Of a stretch of 64,000 nt of DNA, positions 28,067 to 37,763 are shown piece by piece. A program made the translations under genes and the position numbers. Under the pieces are notes generated by a model that did no database searches, was not told the origin of the DNA, and saw nothing but the letters and a program-made list of their open reading frames with translations. The DNA lies in assembly GCA_034716415.1 (NCBI GenBank), contig JAYEJB010000043.1:705-64704 (forward strand), written 5' to 3'. The DNA comes from Patescibacteria group bacterium (GTDB taxonomy: Bacteria > Patescibacteriota > Patescibacteriia > SG8-24). The stretch's first letter is position 1. Each line of letters begins with the position of its first letter.

Positions 28067-29024
28067 ATGAGGAATATCGGCGTGCACGTCGCAACGCGTG
28101 AAGCGGTGCTTGATAGGATGGAAGGTGCGATGGTAGGCACGATGAGTCCGACTGAATTCGATGCCGCCGCCGGGCAAGGAAGTCCTGCTGGTCAGCGCCC
28201 CGAGTGGGACAGATTTCAAGAGTTGCGCGTCCAGGGTAATGCTTCTGAATAGCGACCAATGAAAGCACTAGAGAACGAGAACGTACCGGGGAACGTCCGA
28301 CAACATCTTGGGACCGTTAAGTCGCGCTTTGAGGCTCATGGAGAGGATTTGAGGGTTTTTCAGGGTGCACAGCATGACCTGATGTCGCAGCAGCCCGGAC
28401 AAGGAGGTGGTGAAGTATTCCAGAATATTCACATGAATCGCAAGCGCGTCCTGGATGGACGCAATGACATCATGATCAACGGTTCGTGCCTTAAGGACGA
28501 TACTTGTCTGAACGCCGTGTCCCCAAGAGGGGGGGATATAGCCAAACACGATCTCCTCGCGGTAGCAATTAAAAACATCCGGTTCACGCCGGGTGTTTTT
28601 GACATCAAACCATAAATATTTTACGACACCAGAGAAATAAATACCGATAGGCTAGGGGATAGCAAACCCAAACGTAATATTTTCCAACTACTGATAGGGA
28701 TGTATTCATCATGATTTGAATCATCTGAACCAAATCGGTACTCAAGCTGATCTTCATACGGATGTAGGATGATACCAAGGTACTAGAACACCTTGAAAAA
28801 CAACACAGGGCATTCTAGGGATTCGGTTAATCGCGATTTCGGGTCATCGACGATGATTATCGGATCAATGACGCGTATATGACGTCACAGGTTTCTCCGT
28901 GTTGATTCGAGAGATAGTATTACTCATCTGACATACTGAAAAAACACGATATCTCCACTGATAGGGAGGGGTCAAAAGATAAGATATCAAGGGTCGCACA
29001 ATATACCTTAGACGACACTAGATA
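28067..29024 (+). pseudogene. decayed reading frame of unknown gene
   Basis: ORFs 28067-28252 and 28259-28615 are in the same frame, split by a TAG; codon-like low-GC sequence with many stops continues downstream. Confidence 0.45.
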
Positions 29025-29260
29025 AGCTTATTCCTGTAGTTTTAGTCAAATATCACTACCCCACCCTTCCATTTTGAATTGCAAAAAACGCCCCCGTAGA
29101 GGCGTTTTTATTGTTCGGAATCACCGCACGCTACACCCCTCGGGACTGCAGTCATGGACACCGTCTATTTATGCTAAGTGCTCTAGCTGTCTATAGCTGA
29201 ACGCGTCCCGCATTTGCGGGATTTTTCAATAAAAAATCCGCGCAACCTGTCGGCGGCGGA

Positions 29261-29641
29261 TCAATGAATCGTCCTTTTGCGGAGTTCGGCGCGATATGGG
29301 CGTTCCTGCCCGGTCATGAACAGACGACCCCAGTCATCCGGGTCCCAGTCTCTCTGGATCCATTTGACACGAAGACCGAGTGATCTGACGCACTCACCAA
29401 GGAAATCGTACTCAATCAGTCCATTGAACACGACCTCATCGTCCTCATCGAACACAGTGAGAAAATCCCCATCGTCAAGCAGGTGCACCCCCGCAAGGCT
29501 GCTCATGTCGTCCTCGACCAACAACCACAGCATCTCATTCGGATCGCTGTCATTCAACGGCATACTATCATCGCGAGACCGCATCGAAAACCCCGCCGAC
29601 CTCACCCGCCAGACTAACCTATCATGCATCTTTTGACCCAT
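29261..29641 (-). CDS. hypothetical protein
   Basis: Acidic Trp-containing ORF followed by a terminator. Confidence 0.6.
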   Translation of the reverse strand: MGQKMHDRLVWRVRSAGFSMRSRDDSMPLNDSDPNEMLWLLVEDDMSSLAGVHLLDDGDFLTVFDEDDEVVFNGLIEYDFLGECVRSLGLRVKWIQRDWDPDDWGRLFMTGQERPYRAELRKRTIH

Positions 29642-29677
29642 GTTTTTTTCGGTGCTACCGTCCTATTGAGGTGAGGC

Positions 29678-29896
29678 ATGTGTTTGATGATGGATGTGGC
29701 GCTGTATCTGCTGCCCGTAGTACTGTTCCTTCCAGCGAGTTTTCTGCTGTTGCGCCTGTCGAAAAAGAATGGTCCGTATTCAGACAATGGCAGATGCCCT
29801 CGTTCCGCGTCTGTCCTGCTGTTGTGCGTCCTGGGCGCACTCCTCATCGGTTGGATGTCAGCGGGATTGCCCCTTCTTCGGACACTGATCTACTAA
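29678..29896 (+). CDS. small membrane protein
   Basis: Two TM segments, GAGG RBS. Confidence 0.5.
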   Translation: MCLMMDVALYLLPVVLFLPASFLLLRLSKKNGPYSDNGRCPRSASVLLLCVLGALLIGWMSAGLPLLRTLIY

Positions 29897-29938
29897 AACG
29901 GACCCAAGTCCGTTTTTTCATAAAAAGAATCCCGGAAT

Positions 29939-30409
29939 TCAGGGGCTCTGATCACTGTCGCCGCATAGACGCGGAACTGACACCAACTCGGCCCAATCGA
30001 ATACCGAAGCGTAATTCTCACCGAAGAGCGTGCGCATATCCTGTCTATCCCAGGAGTGGGGCCAGATACGGTGGATGCGTCGGACAGTCGCGTGTGTCGG
30101 CTCGCCATCTTCATCGCACCGCTGTCTGGCCGCGTCAAGGACGTTCTCGACATCGTCCATGTGCACGACATAGACCGCCACGGTGACTTCGTCACGGTGC
30201 AGAGTGACCTGCCGAAGATCATCGACGATGACCGCCCGTCCTCTGTCATCCGTGGCGAGCGGCAGATCCTGATTGAACAACTCGACGAAATACATGCCGC
30301 CTGCCGCGACCGTCGCGATCACGATGATCGCCGCAACCGAAAGAGCTATGCAAAAAAGATGATTCACGGGCGGACGAAAACCTTTTTGGCGCAACCGCTT
30401 CTTCATCAC
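29939..30409 (-). CDS. hypothetical protein with N-terminal TM
   Basis: AGGAGG RBS, single TM. Confidence 0.6.
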   Translation of the reverse strand: MMKKRLRQKGFRPPVNHLFCIALSVAAIIVIATVAAGGMYFVELFNQDLPLATDDRGRAVIVDDLRQVTLHRDEVTVAVYVVHMDDVENVLDAARQRCDEDGEPTHATVRRIHRIWPHSWDRQDMRTLFGENYASVFDWAELVSVPRLCGDSDQSP

Positions 30410-30541
30410 AACCTCCTAGACCGTTGAAACGTTCACTTTTACACCATATCAGCAAAGTGTGGTCGACACTACTTACTTGCATCCTGTGTCAAGTGCTGGT
30501 AGCCTTAGCGGCGACGTTCGTTTAGAAAGGAGTTCTGTACC

Positions 30542-30994
30542 ATGATTAGGGACTTGCTTCTATTGGTTTTCCAGGCCTTCACGGCCAATCTCGGCATCCT
30601 CGCACTTGCGGTCTTCATCGTCCTCGGCGCGATTTCGGTGGTCGTATTCTCCCAAAAGAGAAAAAGCCTGGCCGTCGCATGCGGCCTCACCGCCATCATG
30701 TGCTGCGGTATCCAACTCATCCGCCAGGAAGTACGGATTTCAGAGATGGCTGAAGCCTTGTCGGTACAGCCCGAGGAAGGTGATGACACACCGACCGTCG
30801 AACAGAGGTTGAGGGCGGTTGAACGCGGTGTCAGTTCCTTCGGTGTTCGGATGAGCGGGCATGAGCTGCGTGTCAAAGGTCGCGTAGACGGGCTGGAAGA
30901 TCAGCTTGGCGTGGTCGAAGGTGTGGCCAATAGGAACTTCAGCAACCTTTCACGCATCGACTGCAATCGCAGGAGGTGCTGGCTCAGGAGATAA
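30542..30994 (+). CDS. hypothetical membrane protein with coiled coil
   Basis: AAGGAG RBS, two TM segments, terminator at 31011-31036. Confidence 0.65.
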   Translation: MIRDLLLLVFQAFTANLGILALAVFIVLGAISVVVFSQKRKSLAVACGLTAIMCCGIQLIRQEVRISEMAEALSVQPEEGDDTPTVEQRLRAVERGVSSFGVRMSGHELRVKGRVDGLEDQLGVVEGVANRNFSNLSRIDCNRRRCWLRR

Positions 30995-31043
30995 GAACTT
31001 CCGTCAATTCAAAAAGCCGCTTCAAGCGGCCTTTTTCTTTATC

Positions 31044-32150
31044 TTACAGCCTACCGCAACTCACGCTGATGTCGAACAATAGCGGCTCTTCCTGTTCGGG
31101 TATCGGATCGCTCGGCAGTACCAGATTCGTCGCCTGGAATTCCATGACGCAGACCGTACTGCCTAGTTGATAACCCCACATACCAGCGCCCGGTCCATCG
31201 GCCATGTTCTGTAGGTCCTGTTCGAACCCATGCCGGTCGAGTGTCCAGACCACATGATCGATCGTGTCATAAGGACTATCAACGGTTTTCATGACCAGTG
31301 CATTGATTTCTGTCTGAACAATCTCGTTGTTCACTTCACTTCTCCAAATCAGAGTATCTGACTCCGGATATGAGAGCGAGGCGTCAGTGGACTGTCGGAT
31401 ACTATACAATCTCTGTAGCACGCTACTGTCAATCTTTTCATCGCAAGGTCTGATCCACGGGTTGACGCAGGACTTAAGCCGTTCACACCACATCAATCCC
31501 CCACTCTCATCGCAATCCGTGACGGGCGGGGTGACAGCCCGATCCTCCTCAATGACCAGCTCAGTGGCTCTCTGGGCTTCATACGTCTGCTGGACCAGAA
31601 GCGCCGCACCTATACCGACGGCTCCAGCGAGAGCCAGTGCGACAATGAGCACCTGTCTCCTTTTGGCGACATCGGTCGGTTCTGGTCGGGTGTGAGGTGT
31701 TCGGCGCGGCCGGAAGCGCGTCTTGCTGAGAATTACCCCGGTAATGAATAGCATGACACCAAAACCTATCATCTCGTCCTGGCCTTTCATCACACCGATG
31801 ACAACAAGGATCATCCCGACCAGAAAAAGTCCGGAGAATTGCTTGCCCCGCCTATCGGTCATCCTGTGTACGCCGCCTTTTGTTCCGTAATACGCCACGG
31901 CGGCACTGATACCGATTATCAATGAAAAGGGCACAAGCGCTATCAACGCCGGTGCGGATACATCGAGGTATCGCGTCATCATGAAATAAGCCACCGCGGC
32001 CGGGACAGCTGCCGTAACCACACCGATTATGAGCGCGTTCCGCCAGGTATCTTCCGGACAGTCCGAAGCCTCCTGATCGATCGACCGCTGTTCCTTTCGT
32101 TTCTGCTCTGTCATCTCCCGAATTTTTTCATTCATTCTCTTTAGATCCAT
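31044..32150 (-). CDS. multi-TM protein with extracellular Cys motif
   Basis: About five TM segments; 'CDESGGLMWCERLKSCVNPWIRPC' motif of a type seen in CPR surface proteins. Confidence 0.75.
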   Translation of the reverse strand: MDLKRMNEKIREMTEQKRKEQRSIDQEASDCPEDTWRNALIIGVVTAAVPAAVAYFMMTRYLDVSAPALIALVPFSLIIGISAAVAYYGTKGGVHRMTDRRGKQFSGLFLVGMILVVIGVMKGQDEMIGFGVMLFITGVILSKTRFRPRRTPHTRPEPTDVAKRRQVLIVALALAGAVGIGAALLVQQTYEAQRATELVIEEDRAVTPPVTDCDESGGLMWCERLKSCVNPWIRPCDEKIDSSVLQRLYSIRQSTDASLSYPESDTLIWRSEVNNEIVQTEINALVMKTVDSPYDTIDHVVWTLDRHGFEQDLQNMADGPGAGMWGYQLGSTVCVMEFQATNLVLPSDPIPEQEEPLLFDISVSCGRL

Positions 32151-32257
32151 GACCGCATGTTTAGTCGTTTAATGTGCCTCATTATACACCTTAAGGCGGA
32201 TTGACGCTTATTCCGACGGCCGTTAAGATACACGAGCCCTTTAGAATAGGAGGTGAA

Positions 32258-32932
32258 ATGGGTTGGCCCAGACGACTTATATTGCTCCGACACGGCAGGG
32301 CCGTGGTAAATGAAAACTCTCGTGATGAGAACGCCGAGCTCGATACGCCTGATGTCGCCTTTCCGCTCATCGATTTCGGCGAAGCCCAGTGCATGCTCAC
32401 GTCGCAGTACGTGAATAATGAGTATCCTGACATCGACGTTATCATGAGCTCACCGCACAAGCGTGCCCGAAGCTCCGCCAGGATATTCTTCCCCAACAGA
32501 CGCATCCTACAGGAGCCGCGCCTGACCGAAATGCGCATCGGAATGTGGACTATGTTCACCAGGGCGCAGATCGAGGCCATGATGCCGCGCGAAATCGCGC
32601 GCTATGAAGCCGAGGGTCTGTACCACTACAAGCCTTTCGGTGGGGACAGCGGTCCTGATGTCGAGCTGCGTATCCATAGTCTGCTGGCGACCCTGCGGAT
32701 GGATTACGACGGGGCGGTCGTGGCCTGTGTCACACACCATCAGTGGCTGGTGCTGTTCCAGCGCGTCATCGACGGCATCTCGATCAAGGAGACCGAGCGC
32801 AGGTTGCGTCACGGGCAATTCTACAACGCGTCTGTCACGGCATACGAACCGAAGATCGTCGATGGTCGTCCGTGGCTGGCCCCGACAATGGTCAATCACG
32901 TGCCATGGAAAGGCAGGCTGTCTACCGACTAA
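32258..32932 (+). CDS. histidine phosphatase (phosphoglycerate mutase family)
   Basis: 'LILLRHG', 'SSPHKRA', 'RLTE', 'VTH'; AGGAGGTG RBS. Confidence 0.9.
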   Translation: MGWPRRLILLRHGRAVVNENSRDENAELDTPDVAFPLIDFGEAQCMLTSQYVNNEYPDIDVIMSSPHKRARSSARIFFPNRRILQEPRLTEMRIGMWTMFTRAQIEAMMPREIARYEAEGLYHYKPFGGDSGPDVELRIHSLLATLRMDYDGAVVACVTHHQWLVLFQRVIDGISIKETERRLRHGQFYNASVTAYEPKIVDGRPWLAPTMVNHVPWKGRLSTD

Positions 32933-32957
32933 AAAACCGCCCCGATGGGCGGCTTTT

Positions 32958-33503
32958 TCATTCTATGGCTGCCGGACCGAGTGTCTCACACACGGTCTGC
33001 CTTCCATCATCGCCCGGTTCGGCCGGACATGTCGCGATCGTCTCATATGCTATACGTTTTGCCGGCTGAACCGATTCCCAGGGACGCGAGTAGGTGAATA
33101 CGATTCGCGCGGTTCCCGGCCTGGTAGGACGATAGGTGAAATGATGTATCCCGCCAGCCCCCACCAAAGGCTCTCCCTCTTCCGAAGGCTCATACACCAC
33201 GTATTCGTCCTTGACGAATTCCAGCATGTCCGCGTCATGTTCGGCCATCCACCTGAAACCGGTGGTCTGGTTACTCTCGAAATCCAAGGTGAACGCGATC
33301 CCGACCTCAACCGACACTTCCCTGTCGAACGGTTCCGCTCCGGTCAGACTGACGGCGTATTCGGAACGGGTCTTGTCGGACTCGCCATTCCTGGAGCCCC
33401 AGTCCCACTTCGGCAGCGCGTCAGGAATCTTACCGAGAGCACCGGAAAAGACCAGCGTCAACACCACGGCAAGGACAGGAATGACGATCTTCAGGTATCT
33501 CAT
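32958..33503 (-). CDS. protease inhibitor I42 (chagasin-like) domain protein
   Basis: 'SNQTTGFRW', 'VGAGG', 'YSRPWE'. Confidence 0.85.
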   Translation of the reverse strand: MRYLKIVIPVLAVVLTLVFSGALGKIPDALPKWDWGSRNGESDKTRSEYAVSLTGAEPFDREVSVEVGIAFTLDFESNQTTGFRWMAEHDADMLEFVKDEYVVYEPSEEGEPLVGAGGIHHFTYRPTRPGTARIVFTYSRPWESVQPAKRIAYETIATCPAEPGDDGRQTVCETLGPAAIE

Positions 33504-33512
33504 CCTGCGCGA

Positions 33513-34304
33513 TTACGGGACGAAGACCTCAACGGCCTCTGTCGTTGATGAGCCGTCGCTGTTCTCCATCTTGACGAGCCCCACATCCTTGGCCCACCAT
33601 TGATAGCTGATAACGGCGCTTTCGGTCGGCGGTACGCTGGCTGGCATGCCCGGAATCTCGGTCACGGTCGTAGTCACCACTTCCACCTTCAATGTGTCGA
33701 ATGTTCCGGCGGATACGGTTATCGTTTCTTCGGCGACCACGGAGTTGGCGAGCGAAACAGCCGACCTTAGACTGCCGAACCCAGCCATGGGGAAAGTCCC
33801 CTCCTCCGGCGTGATGGTCAGATCGTAGGACGTTTCCCAGGTCGTTCCATCCTCGAATAGGTGCGGCAGCAATATTCCTTCAACATTTTCGGTCTCTATG
33901 CTTATCTTCACGTCACCGAAAGCCGACGACATATCGAGATAGCCCTGTGGCAGAAGGTTGCCGCCGGAACAGGCCAGTTCCTGTGTGAAAGTCAGCTCCC
34001 CTGCCATCTCCTCGTCTTCCGTAAAGGTGAATTCCATTTTGGCCGCTGTATCGCTCGCCTCGACGACGGTCATGGTGTATTCGGTCTGTTCGTCTCCCGA
34101 CGTGTTGCGGTAAGTGATGGAATAATCGGGCAGAAGCGGATAGTAGTCGTGGGCACAATCGCCGGAGCCACGCGCGTCAATAACCTTGAGCTCTTGTCGC
34201 GCCTGCTCTTCCTGTTCCACAAGAGAGTCCGGCTTTTCCGGGCAACCGAGTCCGAACAACGGAAGCATCACGATGATGGCAAGTAGCGGAATAAACCTGT
34301 TCAT
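33513..34304 (-). CDS. lipoprotein, beta-rich (DUF3108/TapB-like)
   Basis: Lipobox 'GLGC'; 'YYPL', 'ETITVSAGTFDT', 'WWAKDVGLVK'. Confidence 0.75.
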   Translation of the reverse strand: MNRFIPLLAIIVMLPLFGLGCPEKPDSLVEQEEQARQELKVIDARGSGDCAHDYYPLLPDYSITYRNTSGDEQTEYTMTVVEASDTAAKMEFTFTEDEEMAGELTFTQELACSGGNLLPQGYLDMSSAFGDVKISIETENVEGILLPHLFEDGTTWETSYDLTITPEEGTFPMAGFGSLRSAVSLANSVVAEETITVSAGTFDTLKVEVVTTTVTEIPGMPASVPPTESAVISYQWWAKDVGLVKMENSDGSSTTEAVEVFVP

Positions 34305-34399
34305 AGTATTGGGGTTACTGTCCGATTCAGTATACCAACGCGCGAGATATGAAAAAAGCCCTGAACCGTATGGTTCAGGGCGATTCGTGTCGGAGTGGA

Positions 34400-34825
34400 T
34401 CAATCATTCACACCGGCCGTCATGAGAAGCGGATAGGAAGCCGATGCTCCGGTTTCCCGGACGATGCAACGACCCCGAACGTCGAAGACGTCGGCACGTA
34501 CGACCTCTACTACATACCGACTCGCGAACGTTGGGGCGATACCCTCCGCGGCGCGCTCATCAGCGGTCTGCGACCGGATGACGACCATGCCGACGCAGTC
34601 CACGACCACGAACGGCGGGCGCTCGACACCCTCTTTCAGACCGGCGGCCGACAACACGACAACGGGTCCGCCACGATCACCGCCGACGATATTGCCGCGA
34701 CTGATACCCGCCAAGTGCAGTTCGGTACCATCCTTGTCGGCGAATCTTTGCCCCCACTCCAAGCGGATCGACGCAAACGAGCCGAACAAGGACTCGATGG
34801 CGGTCCTTTCGGTTCCGATATTCAT
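34400..34825 (-). CDS. hypothetical protein downstream of putative attenuator
   Basis: AAAGGAG RBS; own terminator at ~34352-34382. Confidence 0.6.
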   Translation of the reverse strand: MNIGTERTAIESLFGSFASIRLEWGQRFADKDGTELHLAGISRGNIVGGDRGGPVVVLSAAGLKEGVERPPFVVVDCVGMVVIRSQTADERAAEGIAPTFASRYVVEVVRADVFDVRGRCIVRETGASASYPLLMTAGVND

Positions 34826-34849
34826 CTCTCACTCCTTTCTGCAAGGAAC

Positions 34850-35051
34850 AAAAATACCCGGGCGTTCCCGGGCCATCGTGTGATCGAACTGTCTGCCCTG
34901 CTTACAGTTCGGTCACATCACGGACCGGCAACGCGAATGAGGCCATCATGTACATGGACATGCGACTACGCATCGGCATGTGCTTACCGGTTGTCATCGG
35001 CGTGTAGTCCGTCATATGAACGTAACCTAGCACACCCCTGAAACGTGTCAA
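34850..35051 (-). promoter_or_regulatory. putative leader-peptide attenuator (Met-rich uORF 35015-34902)
   Basis: TTGACA promoter; uORF MTDYTPMTTGKHMPMRSRMSMYMMASFALPVRDVTEL; hairpin over the stop codon; terminator CCCGGG-aacg-CCCGGG-TATTTTT. Confidence 0.55.
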
Positions 35052-35082
35052 GAAAAAGTCCGCAAGAGCGGACATGGTGTGG

Positions 35083-35373
35083 TCAGAGAGGGTCGACGGT
35101 GACCTTCTCGATTTCTGGACAGAGCCGAAGACTACCGACGAACCCGTCCAGTTTCTCTCGGTTGGCGGTATATCTCGCCATGGCCCTGTATCGGCCGCCT
35201 TCTCCGAACAGCCAGTAGTTGTTTCCTCGGTCGAGCTGCCATTTCTCCCTATCCGGCTCATGGAACGGCGGACCCTGATCATCCGGATGTGATCTCGTCT
35301 GCCCAAGCAGTCCGGACAGATGCTCGGCCAGCCATTGGCCGTCAACTTCTTTAGCCAGCTTCACTACTAACAA
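35083..35373 (-). CDS. hypothetical protein, paralog of 35445-35732
   Basis: AAGGAGGT RBS and TTG start; 'LAEHLSGLLG...PP...WQLDRGNNYWL..EGG'. Confidence 0.7.
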   Translation of the reverse strand: MLVVKLAKEVDGQWLAEHLSGLLGQTRSHPDDQGPPFHEPDREKWQLDRGNNYWLFGEGGRYRAMARYTANREKLDGFVGSLRLCPEIEKVTVDPL

Positions 35374-35444
35374 GGTATACCTCCTTGGGTGCAAGTATAC
35401 TGACTGGCACGAAAAGAAAAAAGTCCGCAGTGCGGACTTTCGGA

Positions 35445-35732
35445 TCAGTCGACGAGCTTTGCCAGAGTGACCAGCTCGTTCTTGCCGATCTGTTCGACGA
35501 GGGCGGTGACTACCGCCCGGCCTTGCTCATTCCGACTCTCGAAACGATATTCGCTACCTCCTTCGTGAACCAACCAGAAGTTTTCAGCGAGGTCCAACCG
35601 CCATACGCCACTTTTGACGCGATGTGGAGGACTTTCGTCACTCGACCATTGAAACCGCTCGCCGAGCAACTCGAAGAGATACTTCGCCAGCCGCTCCGCA
35701 TAGACACCCTGTCCGAGAATGATCCTCATCAT
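35445..35732 (-). CDS. hypothetical protein coupled to dGTPase
   Basis: ATGA overlap with dgt; 'LAKYLFELLG...PP...WRLDLAENFWL..EGG'. Confidence 0.7.
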   Translation of the reverse strand: MMRIILGQGVYAERLAKYLFELLGERFQWSSDESPPHRVKSGVWRLDLAENFWLVHEGGSEYRFESRNEQGRAVVTALVEQIGKNELVTLAKLVD

Positions 35733-36955
35733 GATTCTTCTCCTCTGCCCGCCGAAACCTCGGTAGAGGCGGGTTCCTGCGCGCGGTCGACGCGCGCCCA
35801 GTCGAGATCCGGGTCGGTCAGGTCGATCTCTTTACCGCGCAGGTGCTTGATGACCTCACCGACGGAAAAACGGTTCAGGGTCTGCTCGGTGATGAGTTCG
35901 TGCCTGTCCGCCATCTTGGCCAACTCTTCATGTTCGACATCGTCGAGCATGGCAAAGACGATCGCGGGATCTACGTCAACAAGGGCCTTTTCCAGCGCCT
36001 CATAGACGATCTCCATCTTCAACCGCAACATGCGGCGATCGAGCTTCAGATAGATATCTTCGTACATCATCGTCTTGAGCTTCTCGAACCGGTCCGCGGC
36101 GTCGCTGTCGTCGAAAGAAATGAACCCCTTCTCGGCTGACTCCTCGCACAGATAGGCGACACAGGTGAAGACACGCTCACGCTGATCCCTACCGAACCAC
36201 CGCGCGGCTTCCAGGATGTGGGCGTATCTCTTCGCGGTGAAACCTTGAGCGGCCAACGGTTCACGCACCAGGATGTCGTTGATGTCGGCGAACGTGTAGT
36301 CGATCTTGTCGCTCTTCACCCCACCCGCCGATTCCGGCATCATCTCACTGTCCACCACCGCTTTGCCGATGCCGCTGGAGTGGTTGAGTATGATATCGAG
36401 AACCTGACGGGTCAGGTTCAGCCCCTTTCCGCCACGCTCGATCATCTGCGCCAGGATGACACCCATGATGTTGTGCTTGAACTTGAGATGGTTCACGCCG
36501 TCCCAACCTTTGCGTTCACTGATGAACGTTTCGCCGGGATGGCCGCCTGGCACATGACCACCGTCGTGAATGACCATACCCGCATAAGCCAACTCAGCGT
36601 TCAGCCCCAAGATCTCTGCGATTTCCAGGGCGAGCGCCGCCGCGCTGTAACAGTGATCCTGACGGTCGCGGATATGGCTATTCGGGTGCAGTGTGATGAC
36701 CTGCGACTTGTTACCCAGCCTTCGCGACATCTTACTGTTCAGGATGACGATCAGATCCCTCTGCCACGGTGACACGAACTTCCCGACCCAGCGGCTCGGA
36801 TCTTTGGCGTGGGGACCGAAGAGCGGACCCCTGCCGTCCGGACTGACCGGAAATCGACGCATCGCGTCACTGTCCCTCGTGGCGATGTGAGACAACGAAC
36901 CACGCGCTTTCCGGATCTTCGCGAGCAGATACCTGCTTCTCTTGTCGTAATCCAT
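35729..36955 (-). CDS. dgt: dNTP (dGTP) triphosphohydrolase, HD family
   Basis: 'RRLGNKSQV', 'RDRQDH', 'HDGGHVPGGHPGE', 'GLNLT', 'DKIDY...D'. Confidence 0.85.
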   Translation of the reverse strand: MDYDKRSRYLLAKIRKARGSLSHIATRDSDAMRRFPVSPDGRGPLFGPHAKDPSRWVGKFVSPWQRDLIVILNSKMSRRLGNKSQVITLHPNSHIRDRQDHCYSAAALALEIAEILGLNAELAYAGMVIHDGGHVPGGHPGETFISERKGWDGVNHLKFKHNIMGVILAQMIERGGKGLNLTRQVLDIILNHSSGIGKAVVDSEMMPESAGGVKSDKIDYTFADINDILVREPLAAQGFTAKRYAHILEAARWFGRDQRERVFTCVAYLCEESAEKGFISFDDSDAADRFEKLKTMMYEDIYLKLDRRMLRLKMEIVYEALEKALVDVDPAIVFAMLDDVEHEELAKMADRHELITEQTLNRFSVGEVIKHLRGKEIDLTDPDLDWARVDRAQEPASTEVSAGRGEES

Positions 36956-37036
36956 CGGATAACCCCTTTTGAAAGTACCGTTTCGACCTTACCAAGTCCG
37001 GATTTCAGGTCAAGCCGCCAGCCTTAACGTGACGAT

Positions 37037-37678
37037 ATGGTATACTTGAGTCGTATGATGAAGCGACGAGTCAAACTTGCCGTCAATAATCCCCTCTTTG
37101 ACATGCTTCTTAATCAGTTTCTGCTGAAACCGATCACCAAAGAACTTTCGAGTGATGATAGACAGTCGGTGCTTGAAGTCGGTTGCGGACAAGGCAGTAC
37201 GACCGAGGCCCTGCTGAATCTGATGCCTAACGCGTTCGTCACCGCTACCGACATCGACGATGAGCTGATCCGGCTGGCGGAGCACCGCATCAAACGCAAG
37301 CGCGTCGAATTCATGGTCGAACACGCGGCGGAACTGTCCTTCGACGATGAGACGTTCGATCTGGTCGCGGCGTTCAATACTCTACTTCACGTTCCCGCGT
37401 GGCGAAAAGCCGTAGCCGAAGCCGCTCGCGTGCTACGGCCCGGAGGACGCTATGCGGTAACCGGCGTCAGTCGCGAGGGGCTGAAGTTCGGACCGTTCCG
37501 CAAGTTTGTCGCGCCGAAATCATTGATCGATCCGAAGGAGCTGACGAAAGAAGCCAAAAAGCGTGGTTTCCGTCTTGAGCGGAACTTCAGCGGCCCACGT
37601 TATACGCGCCTGATACTCCAGAAGGTCAGGGGTAAGGGCTCGAACAAGATGGTTGACTACAGACCTGTCATAAGATAA
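37037..37678 (+). CDS. class I SAM-dependent methyltransferase
   Basis: 'VLEVGCGQG', 'FDDETFDLV', 'RVLRPGG'. Confidence 0.9.
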   Translation: MVYLSRMMKRRVKLAVNNPLFDMLLNQFLLKPITKELSSDDRQSVLEVGCGQGSTTEALLNLMPNAFVTATDIDDELIRLAEHRIKRKRVEFMVEHAAELSFDDETFDLVAAFNTLLHVPAWRKAVAEAARVLRPGGRYAVTGVSREGLKFGPFRKFVAPKSLIDPKELTKEAKKRGFRLERNFSGPRYTRLILQKVRGKGSNKMVDYRPVIR

Positions 37679-37763
37679 GTTGAACGACTGGACGGAGCGT
37701 CCGGTGTGGCGCTCTTTTTGATTTGTGCCCTGAATATCAGGCGTTTCCCGAAAGGAGTACGGG

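Noticed and set aside
28250-28252. Stop-codon recoding (TAG read-through)
   Set aside because: TAG, TAA and TGA all terminate conserved genes normally in this window, and the region has mixed stops typical of decay.
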